A stretch of 64,000 nt of DNA from an uncultured delta proteobacterium (GTDB lineage: Bacteria > Desulfobacterota > Syntrophia > Syntrophales > UBA2185), in assembly GCA_963729715.1 (NCBI GenBank), contig CAVSPA010000004.1, positions 288,001 to 352,000 on the forward strand, in the 5' to 3' direction. The notes beneath the pieces were generated by a model, which did not search any database, was not told the origin of the DNA, and was given only the letters and a program-made list of their open reading frames with translations. Shown one piece after another: positions 61,778 to 64,000 of the stretch (its first letter is position 1; each line of letters opens with the position of its first letter). The translations under genes and the position numbers were made by a program.

Positions 61778-62989
61778 CTACTTGCCCTCCTTGGCCTTAA
61801 GTTTCAGATTATGCGGGGCCTCCATCCAGCCTGTCACATTTGATATACTTCCATCTTTGTTGAATTTACATATCTTCAACCATTTCGATCCACGCAAATC
61901 GTCCGGATAGTAAGCTACTTCCTTTAAGAGTCCCATGGCCGTAAAATTCTTGATCTGCAAATACCCATCGCGTATTGCCGGTCCGTCAAGGTTGTCATAT
62001 CCCACTTTGTTGAGGGCATTCTTCACGGCTTCCACCCAGACCATAACTCCACTCATGCCCCAGACATACATATAGTTGGGAATTGGTCCCCGGTGCTGGT
62101 ACAATTTGTACGCGAGTTTGACCCCCGGGACATCCTTTTCCCACCAGGAAGCAGAACACTGAAACCCCATATAACCGGCATAGGCCTCAAGGGGCACCGT
62201 CGCTTTGATCAAATCGGAGTTGAAGACAAAATTGACTTGAGGGATCTTTATTCCGAGCTTATGGCGGTCTTTCAAAACTACCTTCACCTGATCCGGCATT
62301 AGCGTATCGAAAACAAAGTCAGGCTTCTTGTCCCTCATGCGAGCCAACAGGTCGCTTGTGTCGGTCGGCAGCACAGGAACATATTCGACAGAAACGATTT
62401 CCACGCCTATTTTTTCACAGTACCATTTGGCCTGCTCGGGTGCCCGTCCCGATGCATAATCCCCAAGGAGTAACGCCAGGCGCGGCTTACGCTTTTCTTT
62501 CCAATTTGCCTTGATCCAGTTTGCATAAGTGCACAGGGTGTCGTCATACGGCGGCAGAGTGGCAAAGACCCATGAAGACGGATAAAGCGCCGGTCCATGG
62601 CCGGTATTCATCGCCACGGGAATCTTATCTATCGCAAACTGACCTTTCATCGCTTCAATGCCGCCGGAAAAACAGTCAAACGACATGGTCATTGCCTTTC
62701 TCCCCTTATTTCTTGCATATGCGGTTCTTGCGAGAGGCAGTTGGTATTTCGTATCAATGATTTCTATGGTGAGCGGATGGCCGTTTATTCCTCCATTCTT
62801 GTTGAGCCACTTGATGTAGTCTTCAGCAGCCCATCCGTTCGGAGCGACCTGTGCGTGAGCAGGTCCTGTTAGATCAGTAAGCATTACAAAGTGTATAGGC
62901 CCCTTTTCAGCAGCCAGCACGTTGCCGCAGCAAAAGGCCATTGCCAGAAGCCATAATGCAATAACACCTGCCAATTTCTTTGCCTTCAT
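61778..62989 (-). CDS. Liv-type ABC substrate-binding protein, copy 1
   Basis: Same length (403 aa) and largely identical to the neighbour. Confidence 0.9.
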   Translation of the reverse strand: MKAKKLAGVIALWLLAMAFCCGNVLAAEKGPIHFVMLTDLTGPAHAQVAPNGWAAEDYIKWLNKNGGINGHPLTIEIIDTKYQLPLARTAYARNKGRKAMTMSFDCFSGGIEAMKGQFAIDKIPVAMNTGHGPALYPSSWVFATLPPYDDTLCTYANWIKANWKEKRKPRLALLLGDYASGRAPEQAKWYCEKIGVEIVSVEYVPVLPTDTSDLLARMRDKKPDFVFDTLMPDQVKVVLKDRHKLGIKIPQVNFVFNSDLIKATVPLEAYAGYMGFQCSASWWEKDVPGVKLAYKLYQHRGPIPNYMYVWGMSGVMVWVEAVKNALNKVGYDNLDGPAIRDGYLQIKNFTAMGLLKEVAYYPDDLRGSKWLKICKFNKDGSISNVTGWMEAPHNLKLKAKEGK

Positions 62990-63015
62990 AAGATGCCTCC
63001 TTTAATTTTCTTGCT

Positions 63016-64000
63016 TCAGTATGAGAAAGGCCACAGACGATAAGACTCTTTCAATATCTCCCATCTGTGGCTTATGCCACGCGGTTCAAATACCAGGAAT
63101 AGTATAATGGCGATACCGAACGTCATTTCAACAAGCGATGCCGAAATTTGAGCTCCCATCTCAGGAACAACTGACGTGACCCATGGACCGCAGACGACGC
63201 AGATCTCGCTGAGGGCGCCTATAAAGACGGCTCCGAAAAAGGGGCCCATGGTGTTACCCAGTCCGCCGATAATCAACATCCCTATCTGCCAGATTGAACC
63301 CATGAGTGTGAAATCGTCGGGAGAAATCACGTGAACGTAGAAAGCCCATACGGAGCCGGCAATGCCGGCATAAAAGCAACCTATAAAAAATGCCAGCAAT
63401 TTATATTTGTACAGGCTGATGCCCATGGCTTCAGAAGCAATATCGTTGTCCCGAATGGCGACAAAGGCGCGGCCGAAATGGCTCCGCATAAGACTCTTGG
63501 AAAAGAATGTCATAAGGATGAGCATCATTACTATGAAATAGTAAAAGTGAGTTTCCGTACTCAGTACAAAACTGCCCAACTTTGCCTCCGGGACATTTAG
63601 AGCAATCGCGCCGCCGGTAACATCCGGAAAGGGTGTCTTGATCATGTAGATGATGAGGTACTGTGCGGCGATAGTGGTCAGCGCCAGATAATATCCCTTG
63701 ACCCGAAGTGACGGCAGGCCGAACAGCATCCCTGTGATGCCTGCCCCGAGTCCGCCGCAAGGCAAGCAGAGCCAGAATGGCAGATCGAACTGAGCCGCGA
63801 GAATAGTCGATGTGTACGCACCCACTGCCATGAATGCCGTGTGCCCGATCGATATCTGTCCGCAGTATCCGGTAAGTATGTTCAGTCCCTGGAGGGCAAT
63901 CACCGTTACGGCCGTCGAACTTATGAAAGTGAGCCAGAATTCACTGCCGTACGCAGGCAGGATTAAGAAGAAGAGAATCAATATGACCATTCCCGCGGTA
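63016..64000 (-). CDS. LivM-type ABC permease (5' end probably outside window)
   Basis: GLNILTGYCGQISIGH, YLALTT, AIRDND, IIGGLG. Confidence 0.92.
   Translation of the reverse strand, partial: TAGMVILILFFLILPAYGSEFWLTFISSTAVTVIALQGLNILTGYCGQISIGHTAFMAVGAYTSTILAAQFDLPFWLCLPCGGLGAGITGMLFGLPSLRVKGYYLALTTIAAQYLIIYMIKTPFPDVTGGAIALNVPEAKLGSFVLSTETHFYYFIVMMLILMTFFSKSLMRSHFGRAFVAIRDNDIASEAMGISLYKYKLLAFFIGCFYAGIAGSVWAFYVHVISPDDFTLMGSIWQIGMLIIGGLGNTMGPFFGAVFIGALSEICVVCGPWVTSVVPEMGAQISASLVEMTFGIAIILFLVFEPRGISHRWEILKESYRLWPFSY

Larger units (their letters stand above)
60330..63003 (-). repeat. Tandem duplication of a ~1.35 kb unit (RBS + binding-protein gene + downstream spacer)
   Basis: TGCGTCCTATTAATCTCCATATCACGAGATCAG.CTTCGCCC.TTATCTCTCCGAACGGCGACCTCG at ~60357 and ~61710; identical start contexts at ~61634 and ~62987. 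Confidence 0.9.

Overview
Bacterial chromosomal window; gene content (PilS/PilR, Re-citrate-synthase-like enzyme, GctAB, AbfD, sigma-54 activators) suggests an anaerobic deltaproteobacterium, probably Syntrophales-like (inference). Left half is mostly core genes: pilS/pilR, hisS-aspS, Re-citrate synthase-like enzyme, PcrA-type helicase, a complete trpEGDCFBA operon, a two-domain Ndk and ychF. It also holds several decayed genes, one DDE insertion sequence and a ~155 bp palindrome-ended mini element. Right half is accessory: two tandem exported TPR-CHAT proteases, a sigma-54 operon with two different 4-hydroxybutyryl-CoA dehydratase paralogs, and a Liv-type ABC operon with duplicated binding proteins, a MaoC pair, a FadH-like reductase and an acyl-CoA ligase. 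The best unannotated signals are two leader-peptide attenuators below the ORF-track size cutoff: a Phe-rich leader (FFVFFGFF) upstream of an ABC transporter and a WWW trpL leader, sharing one double-hairpin layout. The dual-dehydratase operon is the best candidate for an undescribed pathway. No rRNA, tRNA or CRISPR array was recognised by eye.
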